IMG/VR virus record: IMGVR_UViG_3300029996_000144 | Source: a virus | Strand: one strand, 5' to 3' | DNA: 36,590 nt | In this document: one piece after another, positions 9,323 to 18,180 of the stretch | Position numbering within the stretch: position 1 is the stretch's first letter | Layout: each line of letters starts with the position of its first letter | Notes under the pieces: generated by a model | The model's input: only the letters and a program-made list of their open reading frames with translations | The model's database searches: none | Told to the model about the DNA's origin: nothing | Position numbers and translations under genes: made by a program

Positions 9323-10646
9323 ACCCAATACTACGATCGTAGACGTCTCGTTGAACCTATCCGGCTCGATTACGGGCATACCTGCTGCATTGGATCAACT
9401 CCCCGTAGGCGACCGGATAGGCTTCGACGACTTGCCCGACCTCGGCGAGGACGTCGAAGACATCGGGCAGACGTGGACGCCCGATCTGGTGGGCCGGCAG
9501 CTCGACATCGAGTTACCGCTGTACGACACGCTGGGTCAGGAGAAGCAGCCGTACAGCACAAACCTTGTGAAGATGAAGTCTGTCGTCACCGACGGTGAAG
9601 GGTGGGTGCAGCCGATAACCGAGGGCCGTCCGTTCTCGTCGCTCAAAGCAGGCGAGAAGGTCGACTTGCCGCATCTGTCGCTCTTAGGCAGAGGCGACAA
9701 CATGCGTTTTGCCGGAGAGGTCGGCAGAGTATACGGGATCGGCTTCTCGCAAGACAAAAACGACACTTTCATCAACGCTCAACTGTCTTTCGTCTACGTC
9801 GTCTCGTCGGAGGACGGCGACGGCACGCTCCTGATGAACCTGGTGGGCAATGTCATACCCGTTTTCTCACATGTCACAGAGAACGGGGTGACACGGCTCG
9901 TCAAGTGGCTCGAAGCCGCATATATAATGTTTCAGGACCTCTACGTCGTCTTCGACACCACGGGAGCCGTCGAGCCGCCGGCGCCTGCCGAGGCGGGGAA
10001 GTGGAGCTTCGACAATCTGCTCATCGACAACTTAGAGGCGTCCGTTCTGGACGAAAACTGGCAAAGCGCGCCTATCGACTTCGACGCGCCGTCGTGGGAT
10101 GACTTGTACGAGTTCCTGATCCAGTCGACATATCTCAGCTTCGATCTGAAAGGCACGTTCAACGAGCGTCATGTGATCCAGTCGAAAGTAGCTAAGGGTA
10201 CGTTCGATTTTTACGGTATCAACTTCATCGCAGAGGGTTCGGAATATAACTATTCGCAAAGCGACAATGCCATATATGTAACCAATATTCGTGAGGTATA
10301 CCCGGTAGACTATATTCTAAACAACTGGCAGACCGCGGCTAAGCGGATTGTCGGGAAATGGATCAGCCACAAAGGGATTACTGCGTATGACGGTAATATA
10401 AATTTATCGGCCTGGTCAGCAAACAGCTTCACATTCTCTCCTGATCCTGCGAACGCCTATCTGAGGGTCATTTGCCGCTACAAGTTCAATCTGAACAAGT
10501 ACCAGGAATCCGCCGAAGCGACGACCGTAGACGGCTACATCCCCAACTCAGTGTACATGTACAACCCCAGTAAAGCGCCCACGCCTGCGGAGGCCACTGT
10601 CAAAATCCGTATGCGTTTCCGGCCCGTTTACGACGAAACCAAATAA
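9312..10646 (+). CDS. Putative baseplate J-like protein (gp6/gpJ family position).
   Basis: 444 aa from the ATG at 9312 (a GTG at 9306 is also possible). It follows the spike/wedge-like genes and precedes the fibre genes. Confidence 0.4.
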   Translation: MKIEPNTTIVDVSLNLSGSITGIPAALDQLPVGDRIGFDDLPDLGEDVEDIGQTWTPDLVGRQLDIELPLYDTLGQEKQPYSTNLVKMKSVVTDGEGWVQPITEGRPFSSLKAGEKVDLPHLSLLGRGDNMRFAGEVGRVYGIGFSQDKNDTFINAQLSFVYVVSSEDGDGTLLMNLVGNVIPVFSHVTENGVTRLVKWLEAAYIMFQDLYVVFDTTGAVEPPAPAEAGKWSFDNLLIDNLEASVLDENWQSAPIDFDAPSWDDLYEFLIQSTYLSFDLKGTFNERHVIQSKVAKGTFDFYGINFIAEGSEYNYSQSDNAIYVTNIREVYPVDYILNNWQTAAKRIVGKWISHKGITAYDGNINLSAWSANSFTFSPDPANAYLRVICRYKFNLNKYQESAEATTVDGYIPNSVYMYNPSKAPTPAEATVKIRMRFRPVYDETK

Positions 10647-10649
10647 GCT

Positions 10650-11051
10650 ATGCGTTACTTCACACTCAAAGAGCTTACACACTCCGATACGGCTCTCCGA
10701 CTGGGCCTCGACAACACACCTGGCGTGACCGCGTCCGTCAACCTGATCTACCTCGTGGAGAGGCTGCTGGACCCGATCCGAGAGAGGTACGGGGCCCCGA
10801 TCATCGTCATCTCGGGCTACCGAAGCCCCGCGGTGAACGAGGCCGTGGGCGGCGTGGCTACGTCGCAGCATCTGCGCGGCGAGGCGGCCGACATCAGCGC
10901 CGGCGCCGTCACGCTGAACAAGCAGCTCTTCGAACTGATCCGTACCTCGGGTTTGGAGTTCGACCAGCTGATCGACGAGAAAAATTACCAATGGGTTCAC
11001 GTATCGCTTACCTCCCGTGGTACGAACCGTAACCAAGTATTACACTTATGA
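10650..11051 (+). CDS. Peptidase M15 (VanY / L-Ala-D-Glu endopeptidase-like) cell-wall hydrolase; candidate endolysin or tail-associated lysin.
   Basis: SGYRSPAVNE ... SQHLRGEAADI matches the zinc-binding SxHxxGxAxD signature of M15 phage endopeptidases (T5 Lys / Ply500 type). Confidence 0.7.
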   Translation: MRYFTLKELTHSDTALRLGLDNTPGVTASVNLIYLVERLLDPIRERYGAPIIVISGYRSPAVNEAVGGVATSQHLRGEAADISAGAVTLNKQLFELIRTSGLEFDQLIDEKNYQWVHVSLTSRGTNRNQVLHL

Positions 11052-11845
11052 GCGCAGTCGACACTATCCAAAAGGCATTGAAGCTTCTGATCCCGTCGCT
11101 CGACTATACGAACGCATCGATCGAGAAAAAGATCATCGACGTGGTAGGCAGCTATGCCGACACTGAGGCTATCGAGCGGCAAAATACGCTCGCTACGATC
11201 CAGACGGCCTTAGCGCAGCAGAAGGTCACGGGCATCGAGTACTACCGCCGCCGCGCTGTCGCGTACCAAGAGGGCGACGAGCTCCTGATCGATCCGGTAA
11301 GTCAGGCGGGCTACTACGCCACGGTAGACGAGGAGGCGCAGATCATCAAGCAGGCTTACATCGTCGGGCTGTACCCGCAGTACACGCTGCTCGTGAACGT
11401 CATCGGCGACGACGGTCACTTAGCGGCGCTAAGTGAATCGCAGCTTGCGTCTTTCAAGACGTACTTCACGGCGTACCAGCCCATCGGTCTCGACCTCAAC
11501 ATCCTGTCGCTGCCGGTAGCTCAGATCACGGACCCAGGTATCGTGATCTACGTCAGCAAAGGTACGGACGCTGCGGAGGCCGTCGCTACGATCCAACAGA
11601 ACCTCACGGCTCACGAACAAGTGCTTCGTAAGAACAACGTCGTATCGCTGACTGAAATCGAAGACGTCATACAACAATTCTCGCAGGTGCAGGCAGTAGG
11701 CTTCTCGGACATCGTAGCGACCGAGACGAGCTTGTCGGGCGAGCAGGTTACGGTGAGGCCTATGAACGGGATATTCAATCTTACGAACGGAGCTTTCACC
11801 TTCGCTACGCAGCTCACGACGTCGAACATTAAAGTGCTGGGGTGA
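11048..11845 (+). CDS. Tail/baseplate protein (gpI-like position).
   Basis: 265 aa, ATGA overlap with the peptidase gene. Positional call. Confidence 0.35.
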   Translation: MSAVDTIQKALKLLIPSLDYTNASIEKKIIDVVGSYADTEAIERQNTLATIQTALAQQKVTGIEYYRRRAVAYQEGDELLIDPVSQAGYYATVDEEAQIIKQAYIVGLYPQYTLLVNVIGDDGHLAALSESQLASFKTYFTAYQPIGLDLNILSLPVAQITDPGIVIYVSKGTDAAEAVATIQQNLTAHEQVLRKNNVVSLTEIEDVIQQFSQVQAVGFSDIVATETSLSGEQVTVRPMNGIFNLTNGAFTFATQLTTSNIKVLG

Positions 11846-12345
11846 TGTTCCGCTATATAGACATGCCGAAGCTGGTCGCGTACTACCTGCGCGAGTTCTC
11901 GTACCGGAGGGACGGCACGACGTCTACTCTGTACCAGTTCGTGTTCAGCTTATGCCTGCCATTCGTGTCCAAGCAATTCCGCTCGGCGCGTCTGGCGGCA
12001 TTGGCCATTGCCGAGTGTACGAACAGCGCAGACCAGATCAAGCGGCTGTTCGACAAGCTGATGGGTGGCGACGCGAAGCTCACGATCCTGTCGCATAACA
12101 ACGACTTCCTGCTCTCATGGGACGGCACGGGGGCGGAGCCGCTGTTCCCGTTCGACGGCAGCGCGGCGACGAACGATCCGCAAGTACCTTACTCACCGTC
12201 GCCTAACTTGGTCGACTTGACGGTAACGATCCCGAGTATCTACGACGACGCGAAGTTCGAGAGCGTGAAGCAGACGGCCGCGGCCTATTTGCAGCTTCTG
12301 ATACCGTTCTACATCCAAACCAATATTAACTACATAAAAGCATAG
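11845..12345 (+). CDS. Hypothetical tail protein.
   Basis: 166 aa, TGATG overlap with the upstream gene. Confidence 0.35.
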   Translation: MFRYIDMPKLVAYYLREFSYRRDGTTSTLYQFVFSLCLPFVSKQFRSARLAALAIAECTNSADQIKRLFDKLMGGDAKLTILSHNNDFLLSWDGTGAEPLFPFDGSAATNDPQVPYSPSPNLVDLTVTIPSIYDDAKFESVKQTAAAYLQLLIPFYIQTNINYIKA

Positions 12346-12349
12346 CAGC

Positions 12350-13306
12350 ATGGCAAATTTCCTTACACTCAACTCGGCGAACCCCGCGCTGAAACGCCCG
12401 CTGCGGGTATCCGATTTGCAGAACATCTACGACGCGATCAAAGCCGTCGTCCCACAGTCCAGCCTCACACCTAAAATTCTCTGGGGTATGAGCCTCGATG
12501 ACGACGGCTTCATCCAAGCCGGTGCCGTGTCCTTCAAAGGTGAGGTGTACACATGGGACCCCGTAGCGCAGAACGATCAGCTTCAAATCGGGGACGCGAT
12601 CTACGCTGCGAAAATTGCCTCGGGCGACGTCCGAACGATGGAGGGAGGTACGCAGCAGGAGTTTTCCTACAAAAACATCCTTACCTCAAAAGCTTCCGGA
12701 GAACAGCTCTCCGGAAACGTGTCGCTCGAAGACATCACGGAGTGGCAGATGCCGTACATTCCGGCTTTGGGGATCACTAATGATATGATCGCGCCCAACA
12801 CCATTACGAACAGTGAAATCGCGCATGGCACGATCTCTCAGATCACCTTATCGAAGGAACTCGCACCTTGTAGGCTGGTCCAGTCCCGCCAGTACAACAT
12901 TACTGCGGAAATAACGAATATAAGCCTCGATGCTATTTGCACATGGCAGAACACCGGATATTGGAGGTCTTCGATGCTTATGGTCGCAACGGCGCTCAAC
13001 CAAGCACCTACGATCAACATCGTCGGTGCTTTCGAAGGCAACATAGCTCCGAATGAAGTTAAAGTCATAATTCACTCGGCAGGGCTTCCCACGACGGGCG
13101 CAACGATCGGCTTCGTCAGCTACCGGCCTCAAAGAACCACCGATTCTGACCAGACACGCAAAGTCACGAAGACAGTGACGTTCACTAAGCCTAACAACGA
13201 GTCAGTTGTAGCAACTTTCTCCAAGACCGACCCACCGATCACTCCGTCGAGTCCGTCGGTAGCATTGTACACACTCACCTCTCTCGTCACCTTTTTAGCT
13301 GAATAG
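12350..13306 (+). CDS. Putative tail fibre / receptor-binding protein.
   Basis: 318 aa, Ser/Thr/Asn-rich, last large gene of the tail module. Confidence 0.35.
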   Translation: MANFLTLNSANPALKRPLRVSDLQNIYDAIKAVVPQSSLTPKILWGMSLDDDGFIQAGAVSFKGEVYTWDPVAQNDQLQIGDAIYAAKIASGDVRTMEGGTQQEFSYKNILTSKASGEQLSGNVSLEDITEWQMPYIPALGITNDMIAPNTITNSEIAHGTISQITLSKELAPCRLVQSRQYNITAEITNISLDAICTWQNTGYWRSSMLMVATALNQAPTINIVGAFEGNIAPNEVKVIIHSAGLPTTGATIGFVSYRPQRTTDSDQTRKVTKTVTFTKPNNESVVATFSKTDPPITPSSPSVALYTLTSLVTFLAE

Positions 13307-13307
13307 T

Positions 13308-13793
13308 ATGAAACCGTTTTTCATTTACAGTCGCTACCTCCCGTTCGGGAAGTTCGACTACCTGACCTTCCTCGTCTGGGTCATCATCAAGAAGCAGTAC
13401 AATCCGGCGACCGGCGTATGGGAGCGCCCCGTCATGTCCGATTGGGCTGTGAGGCATGAGACGTGGCATGTATGGCAGCAGTGCTGCCTGTTCGTGTTAG
13501 GTGTGGTTTGCGCGATAGCCTCCGCCGCGACGTTCGCATTGGCCGGTGTCCCGATCCCGTGGTGGGTATGGGTGACACCTGTCGTGGCGCCGTATGCCGT
13601 CTATGCCGTCTGTTGGTTCGTAGAGCTCCTGCTCCCGCCCTACGATAGCGCATACCGTGACGTCTGCTTCGAGAGCGAGGCGCAGTACCATGAGTACGAC
13701 GAGAACCCGCAATACTGCCCGTTCTCGTTCCTGCGGTTCATACCGAATAAGGATTGGAGGGCGCTGGGCCGAGAACGGTTCAAGAAGCAGTGA
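13308..13793 (+). CDS. Three-TM membrane protein; candidate holin.
   Basis: Three hydrophobic segments (LTFLVWVII; CLFVLGVVCAIASAATFALAGV; WWVWVTPVVAPYAVYAVCWFVELLL). It is the last gene of the late arm. Confidence 0.3.
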   Translation: MKPFFIYSRYLPFGKFDYLTFLVWVIIKKQYNPATGVWERPVMSDWAVRHETWHVWQQCCLFVLGVVCAIASAATFALAGVPIPWWVWVTPVVAPYAVYAVCWFVELLLPPYDSAYRDVCFESEAQYHEYDENPQYCPFSFLRFIPNKDWRALGRERFKKQ

Positions 13794-13825
13794 ATACGAG
13801 GGGCTTTCAAAGCCCCTCGTATTCA
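13791..13825. terminator. Bidirectional hairpin terminator between convergent late (+) and early (-) arms.
   Basis: Perfect 17-bp inverted repeat tgaatacgaggggcttt / aaagcccctcgtattca with a 1-nt centre. The stop codons of both convergent genes lie inside the stem. Confidence 0.6.
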
Positions 13826-14751
13826 TTTATCGTTTCGAAAATCCGCAGCGCCACCTGCGGGACTATCGCGTTGCCGTAAGCTTTGATCGATCCTTTGCGC
13901 CATGCCGGAAAGGTAATTCCGTCCAGTCCGGCGGAAAGCCCATCATCTGGGCCACATATCGGGGATTCAGTCGGAAACCCTTCCCAATTCGAGACGGATG
14001 CGAAATCATGACGTCGTGGACGACTCTGCTCTTCCGCTTGGCTTGACTGGGTGGAAGATTGGAATTTATAGCATCGTTGACCGTCGGCGTCGACAACAGC
14101 CCCATCCGCGCTGCAAGCGCGAGCGTCGGCCGAGCAGTCGCACCCTTCGACAGGCTCTTGTTCACACGCCCGCTCCCGCAATCCAACGCGACCGGTGTCG
14201 GCAGTAGAGCCGGCGGCAATGGCTCCGAATCGCTCTTGCCATGAACTTTCAGCCCTTGCGTCACCACGGTGGGCAACAAACCATGTTCTGTATCGCAGGT
14301 GGGGGGCACCGACGCCCGCAGCTGGTATAAGGTACGCTTGCACCTCGTATCCCGCCGCTTCCAAATCAGCACACACCTGCTCGAAAACCATTCCCTGCGA
14401 CCAATTAACGATTCCGAGAACATTCTCGCCCACGACCCAGCGCGGTCGAACAGTCCGAACAACTCCGAGCATTGCGGGCCAGAGGTAGCGGTCGTCGGCC
14501 GTACCCTTGCGTTTGCCCGCGAGGCTGAACGGCTGGCACGGGAACCCGCCGGTGAGCACGTCGACGCGATCTCTCCAAACGGTAAAGTCAGTTGTTTTGA
14601 TGTCTCCATATTGTTCCGATTCGGGAAAATGATACTTCAATACGCGCCGGCAGAACGGGTCGATCTCGCAGTTGAAGACGTTCGTCCAGCCGGCCCACGC
14701 GGCCGCCAGGTCGAAGCCGCCGATGCCGCTGAATAGAGAACCGTGCGTCAT
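13807..14751 (-). CDS. DNA (cytosine-5)-methyltransferase, orphan.
   Basis: Motif I FSGIGG, motif IV GFPCQPFS, motif VI ENV, motif X AYGNAIVP. No adjacent endonuclease. Start MTHGSLF at 14751 overlaps the upstream stop (TAATG). Confidence 0.85.
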   Translation of the reverse strand: MTHGSLFSGIGGFDLAAAWAGWTNVFNCEIDPFCRRVLKYHFPESEQYGDIKTTDFTVWRDRVDVLTGGFPCQPFSLAGKRKGTADDRYLWPAMLGVVRTVRPRWVVGENVLGIVNWSQGMVFEQVCADLEAAGYEVQAYLIPAAGVGAPHLRYRTWFVAHRGDARAESSWQERFGAIAAGSTADTGRVGLRERACEQEPVEGCDCSADARACSADGAVVDADGQRCYKFQSSTQSSQAEEQSRPRRHDFASVSNWEGFPTESPICGPDDGLSAGLDGITFPAWRKGSIKAYGNAIVPQVALRIFETINEYEGL

Positions 14752-15344
14752 TAGTACTCCACCGCTGCCCTGCGATCGATGAAGAAATGAATACCCGGTG
14801 CGCATTCGCTCCACCTGTAATCGTCGAAATCCGGAACTTCAACTGTGGCACCGACGGTGTAGACGAAGTTTTTGTCATGGTCGGAACGAACGGTATCCTC
14901 AGTTGCCTTGGTGCCGTCCATGTTCTGAATCTCCATGACGTATGCTTTATCGCAACGGCATTTGTGTCCCGTTGCCGAACTGCGCCGTGCATCTTCCGGA
15001 ATTCGTAATTTTACGATATGCCCAGAGGCTTTTTTCCAACCGATGAAACTACCCTCAGTCGGACATGATAGATAACATCCCTTGGCATCGCGCAGGTCGG
15101 CACCGCACAGGTCGGCACCGCACAGGTTGGCACCGCACAGGTTGGCACCGCGCAGGTTGGCACCGCGCAGGTCGGCACCGCGCAGGTTGGCACCGCGCAG
15201 GTCGGTATCGCGCAGGTCAGCACCGCGCCTAATAGCTTCCAAAACCGTTTCGGTGATTGTGTTTCCCTCTTTCGTGTATTCAAATACGACCGAGCCAGTC
15301 CAACGGTTGCGGATTTCGATTTTAATCTGTTTCGTTGATTCCAT
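14751..15344 (-). CDS. Pentapeptide-repeat protein (8-9 A(D/N)LxG units) with a Cys/His-rich C-terminal domain.
   Basis: [45 protein letters not shown], then C..C..H..H.C.C. Translationally coupled to the methyltransferase gene. Confidence 0.75.
   Translation of the reverse strand: MESTKQIKIEIRNRWTGSVVFEYTKEGNTITETVLEAIRRGADLRDTDLRGANLRGADLRGANLRGANLCGANLCGADLCGADLRDAKGCYLSCPTEGSFIGWKKASGHIVKLRIPEDARRSSATGHKCRCDKAYVMEIQNMDGTKATEDTVRSDHDKNFVYTVGATVEVPDFDDYRWSECAPGIHFFIDRRAAVEY
15093..15227. repeat. 9 x 15-bp tandem repeat (caggtYggcaccgcR) encoding the pentapeptide repeats.
   Basis: Direct reading: near-identical 15-mers head-to-tail inside CDS 14751..15344. Confidence 0.9.
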
Positions 15345-15368
15345 TGTGGTAAATTTGCTTATTCGAAT

Positions 15369-15623
15369 TCACGTATTGCTCTCTCGATAAATGCTCAAAT
15401 CCATCCAGCTGGGGTGTTCCAGCTCTCGGAAGTCGCAGGCCCATATCTTTCCCTTCCAGTACTCGACTGTTCCTGCCTCGTAGTCTTCGATAACGACCTT
15501 CAACGTGTACTCGCCGTTACGAATGAACCCGATGTCGCAAGTGTCTAACTTGCGCTGCAATTCGATGCGCACCTGCTCCGGCACTGCGTAGAGGGGTACG
15601 AGGACTTCATTTTTCTTTGCCAT
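15369..15623 (-). CDS. Hypothetical protein (84 aa).
   Basis: ORF within the early operon. No motif recognised. Confidence 0.4.
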   Translation of the reverse strand: MAKKNEVLVPLYAVPEQVRIELQRKLDTCDIGFIRNGEYTLKVVIEDYEAGTVEYWKGKIWACDFRELEHPSWMDLSIYRESNT

Positions 15624-16956
15624 AACCTATCTGTTCGTTAAACATGTTAGCTTCCGTTTGCTTTTTAAGCAGCACTTTCATAATCCGTTCGTCGATCGTA
15701 GCTGCGGCCACCAGATGCAATATGCTCACGGTGTCGCGCTGACCGCGGCGATGCAGTCGCTTGTTCAGCTGTGCGTACAGCTCGGCGTCGTAGGTGAGCG
15801 AGAACCATACCAGTGTGCAGCCGCCGTCTTGCAGGTTCAGCCCGTGGCCGCAGGACTGGGGATGCACCAAACCCATAGGTATGCAGCCTGCGTTCCACTC
15901 CTCGATGTCGGCCGCAGTGTCGAGCGTCCAGCTGCGGGGGAATGATGCTTGCAGCTCTGCGAGCTCGCTCCGGAACTGGTACGCGACCAAAATAGGCCGG
16001 TCCTGCGCCTCGGCGATGTCTCGCAGCGTTTCGATCTTGGCTCTATGCAGCCGCTGGTACTGCACGCACTGCTCGTCGGTGTAGAGGAACCCCGATGCGA
16101 ACTGCCGCAATTTGAGACCGAGCGATGCCCGAGAAAAAGCGATCAACGTTCGCTCCTTCCCATCGAAGGCGTCCGTACCGGTCTGTTCTCGGTAAGTCAG
16201 CACCGACGAAGCCTCGAAATCTTTGTAGCGCGCCAGAACAGCATCGGGAAGCGCGACAGCGATCGTCTTGTAGAGGATCGGCGGCAGCGCGACGTAGTTG
16301 CGTACCACGCATACGATCGGTCGGCAGTCCTGAGCCAGCAGGTGTGTCTTCTGAGGATCGACCTCGTAGACCGAGACCACGCCGTTTACTTGGAACTTCA
16401 CGCGCTCATACCTGCGGCGGAACTCGGTCAGGCTCCGGCCCAGCGCTGCGCCACCGTCGACTAAGAGGCACTGATGCCACAACCCTTCATACCCGTTATG
16501 AATAGGTGTTCCGGTCAGGAGTATGCGATACGGGACTTTGTTGCATATCCGCCGCGCCTGCTTCGACCGGATCGATCGCGGGTGCTTGAACAGCGTGCTC
16601 TCGTCCAAGATAACCGCGTCCCAGCAGCCGTGAGGTATCTCCCCGATGCGGGTCACGCTGCATACGCATAGCTTCCGGTCCGATGGCTCCATGAGGAACA
16701 GTTTCACGTCCAGAGCCCGCAAGCAGAAGCGGACGTGAAGCGACGACTGGAATTTCTCGGCTTCCTGCACCCAAACCGATTGCGCTACGCGCTTAGGCGC
16801 AATGACCAAGACACGCCGCAGCTCGGGCAGCTGCTCCAACGCATGCAGCGTCGCCAGCGTCTTCCCCGCGCCCATCGGAGCGACGATCATTATCCGACGA
16901 CGGGTAACGATCGCCTGCTCGATGATCCGCTGGGCCTCATTCAGTTTGACGTTCAT
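15607..16956 (-). CDS. SNF2-family helicase.
   Basis: Motif I APMGAGKT, II ILDEST, III LLTGTPIHNG, VI HRRGQRD. Confidence 0.8.
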   Translation of the reverse strand: MNVKLNEAQRIIEQAIVTRRRIMIVAPMGAGKTLATLHALEQLPELRRVLVIAPKRVAQSVWVQEAEKFQSSLHVRFCLRALDVKLFLMEPSDRKLCVCSVTRIGEIPHGCWDAVILDESTLFKHPRSIRSKQARRICNKVPYRILLTGTPIHNGYEGLWHQCLLVDGGAALGRSLTEFRRRYERVKFQVNGVVSVYEVDPQKTHLLAQDCRPIVCVVRNYVALPPILYKTIAVALPDAVLARYKDFEASSVLTYREQTGTDAFDGKERTLIAFSRASLGLKLRQFASGFLYTDEQCVQYQRLHRAKIETLRDIAEAQDRPILVAYQFRSELAELQASFPRSWTLDTAADIEEWNAGCIPMGLVHPQSCGHGLNLQDGGCTLVWFSLTYDAELYAQLNKRLHRRGQRDTVSILHLVAAATIDERIMKVLLKKQTEANMFNEQIGYGKEK

Positions 16957-17393
16957 CTCTCGCTGATGTAGTTAACCGTCCCGTCCAAAAACAGCAGATG
17001 ATGGCTGAGCTCCGTCGAGAAATCGGTCAGAATGCTCTCTGTCGTCGGGTCGAAATATTCGAGTGCGATGCCGTCGTCGATCAGCCGGACGATCGTCATC
17101 ACCTCGTTACGGGACAATGCGACAAGTGTCATGTCGGCTGTCGAGTTATCGATCGGCTCACTAGGTTTAATCGGCGATGCTTCGGCGAACTGTGCCCACG
17201 TTTGGAGAGGTGCGTGGCCCAGCACGCGCAGCCTCTCGGCTACGGCGTCTATGCCTTTCTGCAATGTCTTATACACGTCGTCCAGCATCAGGTGGATCGA
17301 GTAGAAGTGCGGGCCGGCAACCATCCAGTGCCGCGCCTTGATGTTGGTAGCCGATACCTCGGCTGCCGCCAGAATTTCATTCAGCTTTTTCAT
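16953..17393 (-). CDS. Dps-like (ferritin-superfamily) DNA-binding / ferroxidase protein.
   Basis: ARHWMVAGPHFYSIHLMLDDVYKTLQKGIDAVAERLRVLGHAP aligns residue-for-residue with the Dps core (HWxxxGxxFxxxHxxxDDxY...DxVAERL). All ferroxidase ligands are present. ATGA overlaps with both neighbours. Confidence 0.8.
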   Translation of the reverse strand: MKKLNEILAAAEVSATNIKARHWMVAGPHFYSIHLMLDDVYKTLQKGIDAVAERLRVLGHAPLQTWAQFAEASPIKPSEPIDNSTADMTLVALSRNEVMTIVRLIDDGIALEYFDPTTESILTDFSTELSHHLLFLDGTVNYISER

Positions 17394-17718
17394 TTTCAGT
17401 AATATAAGTGCGATAACCTTTATAAAAAATGTCGTAGTAGTTATAAATCCTCGTGTCCAAGACGTAGGTCTCGAACCCTAATTCTTTGAGCCGCCGATGA
17501 AAAGCGATCTGCGCCTCGGTGCAGCGCTCACCTGTGGTCTTCGTCTCGACGAAGATCGCACGTCCGCGCAGCATAACGAGGTAGTCAGGTACGCCGCGCT
17601 GTGTCAGCGGGTGGTTTTTCATCGCCAGGCCGCCTTGTTCGCGTACCGCTTCCCGCATACAGCGAGCGACATAGTGCTCGCTGTACACTGTCTTCTGGTT
17701 AACTCCCTTCTTATACAT
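17377..17718 (-). CDS. VRR-NUC domain nuclease (PD-(D/E)xK).
   Basis: GVPDYLVML ... IFVETKTTGERCTEAQI matches the VRR-NUC core. Confidence 0.7.
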   Translation of the reverse strand: MYKKGVNQKTVYSEHYVARCMREAVREQGGLAMKNHPLTQRGVPDYLVMLRGRAIFVETKTTGERCTEAQIAFHRRLKELGFETYVLDTRIYNYYDIFYKGYRTYITENEKAE

Positions 17719-18178
17719 AGTCGGATTCTTTTAAACTGAGGTTAGATAAAATACTTCTTTTTCGTATAGCATAAACTGTGGGCACTGAGAGTTCAACACG
17801 CTTCGCGATCTCCGCAGGCGTCAATGTGGTGCGGGTGAGAAGCGCGTCGGCCGCGACCATTCGAAGATGCCGCATCGCATACGGCATAACAATGCCCCAA
17901 TACTCCGGATACGGGTAGAACTCGTTCAGCATCTGTACCACCTGCATATTCTCCGGCGTCTTCGGCAGCGGCTTAATCCCGTAAAACGCAGCCTTCAAGA
18001 TTCTGTAATTCAGCTCGTCAGGAAACATGTCGATAAGGGTCTGTAAGTCCTTACGCTGACAAAACCGCTGCGTGAACCACGCAAGATACGGGCGCCGTCC
18101 GAGCCGAAACATCTGCTCGAAAAGCCACTTCGGGCAGCCTGTATGTGCTAAATGCTCAAAAATCAAATCCTTTACCAT
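17711..18178 (-). CDS. HTH regulator with a sigma-70 region-4-like C-terminus.
   Basis: C-terminal LTPAEIAKRVELSVPTVYAIRKR. Start taken at MVKDL (18178), just after the primase stop. Confidence 0.5.
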   Translation of the reverse strand: MVKDLIFEHLAHTGCPKWLFEQMFRLGRRPYLAWFTQRFCQRKDLQTLIDMFPDELNYRILKAAFYGIKPLPKTPENMQVVQMLNEFYPYPEYWGIVMPYAMRHLRMVAADALLTRTTLTPAEIAKRVELSVPTVYAIRKRSILSNLSLKESDYV

Positions 18179-18180
18179 TT

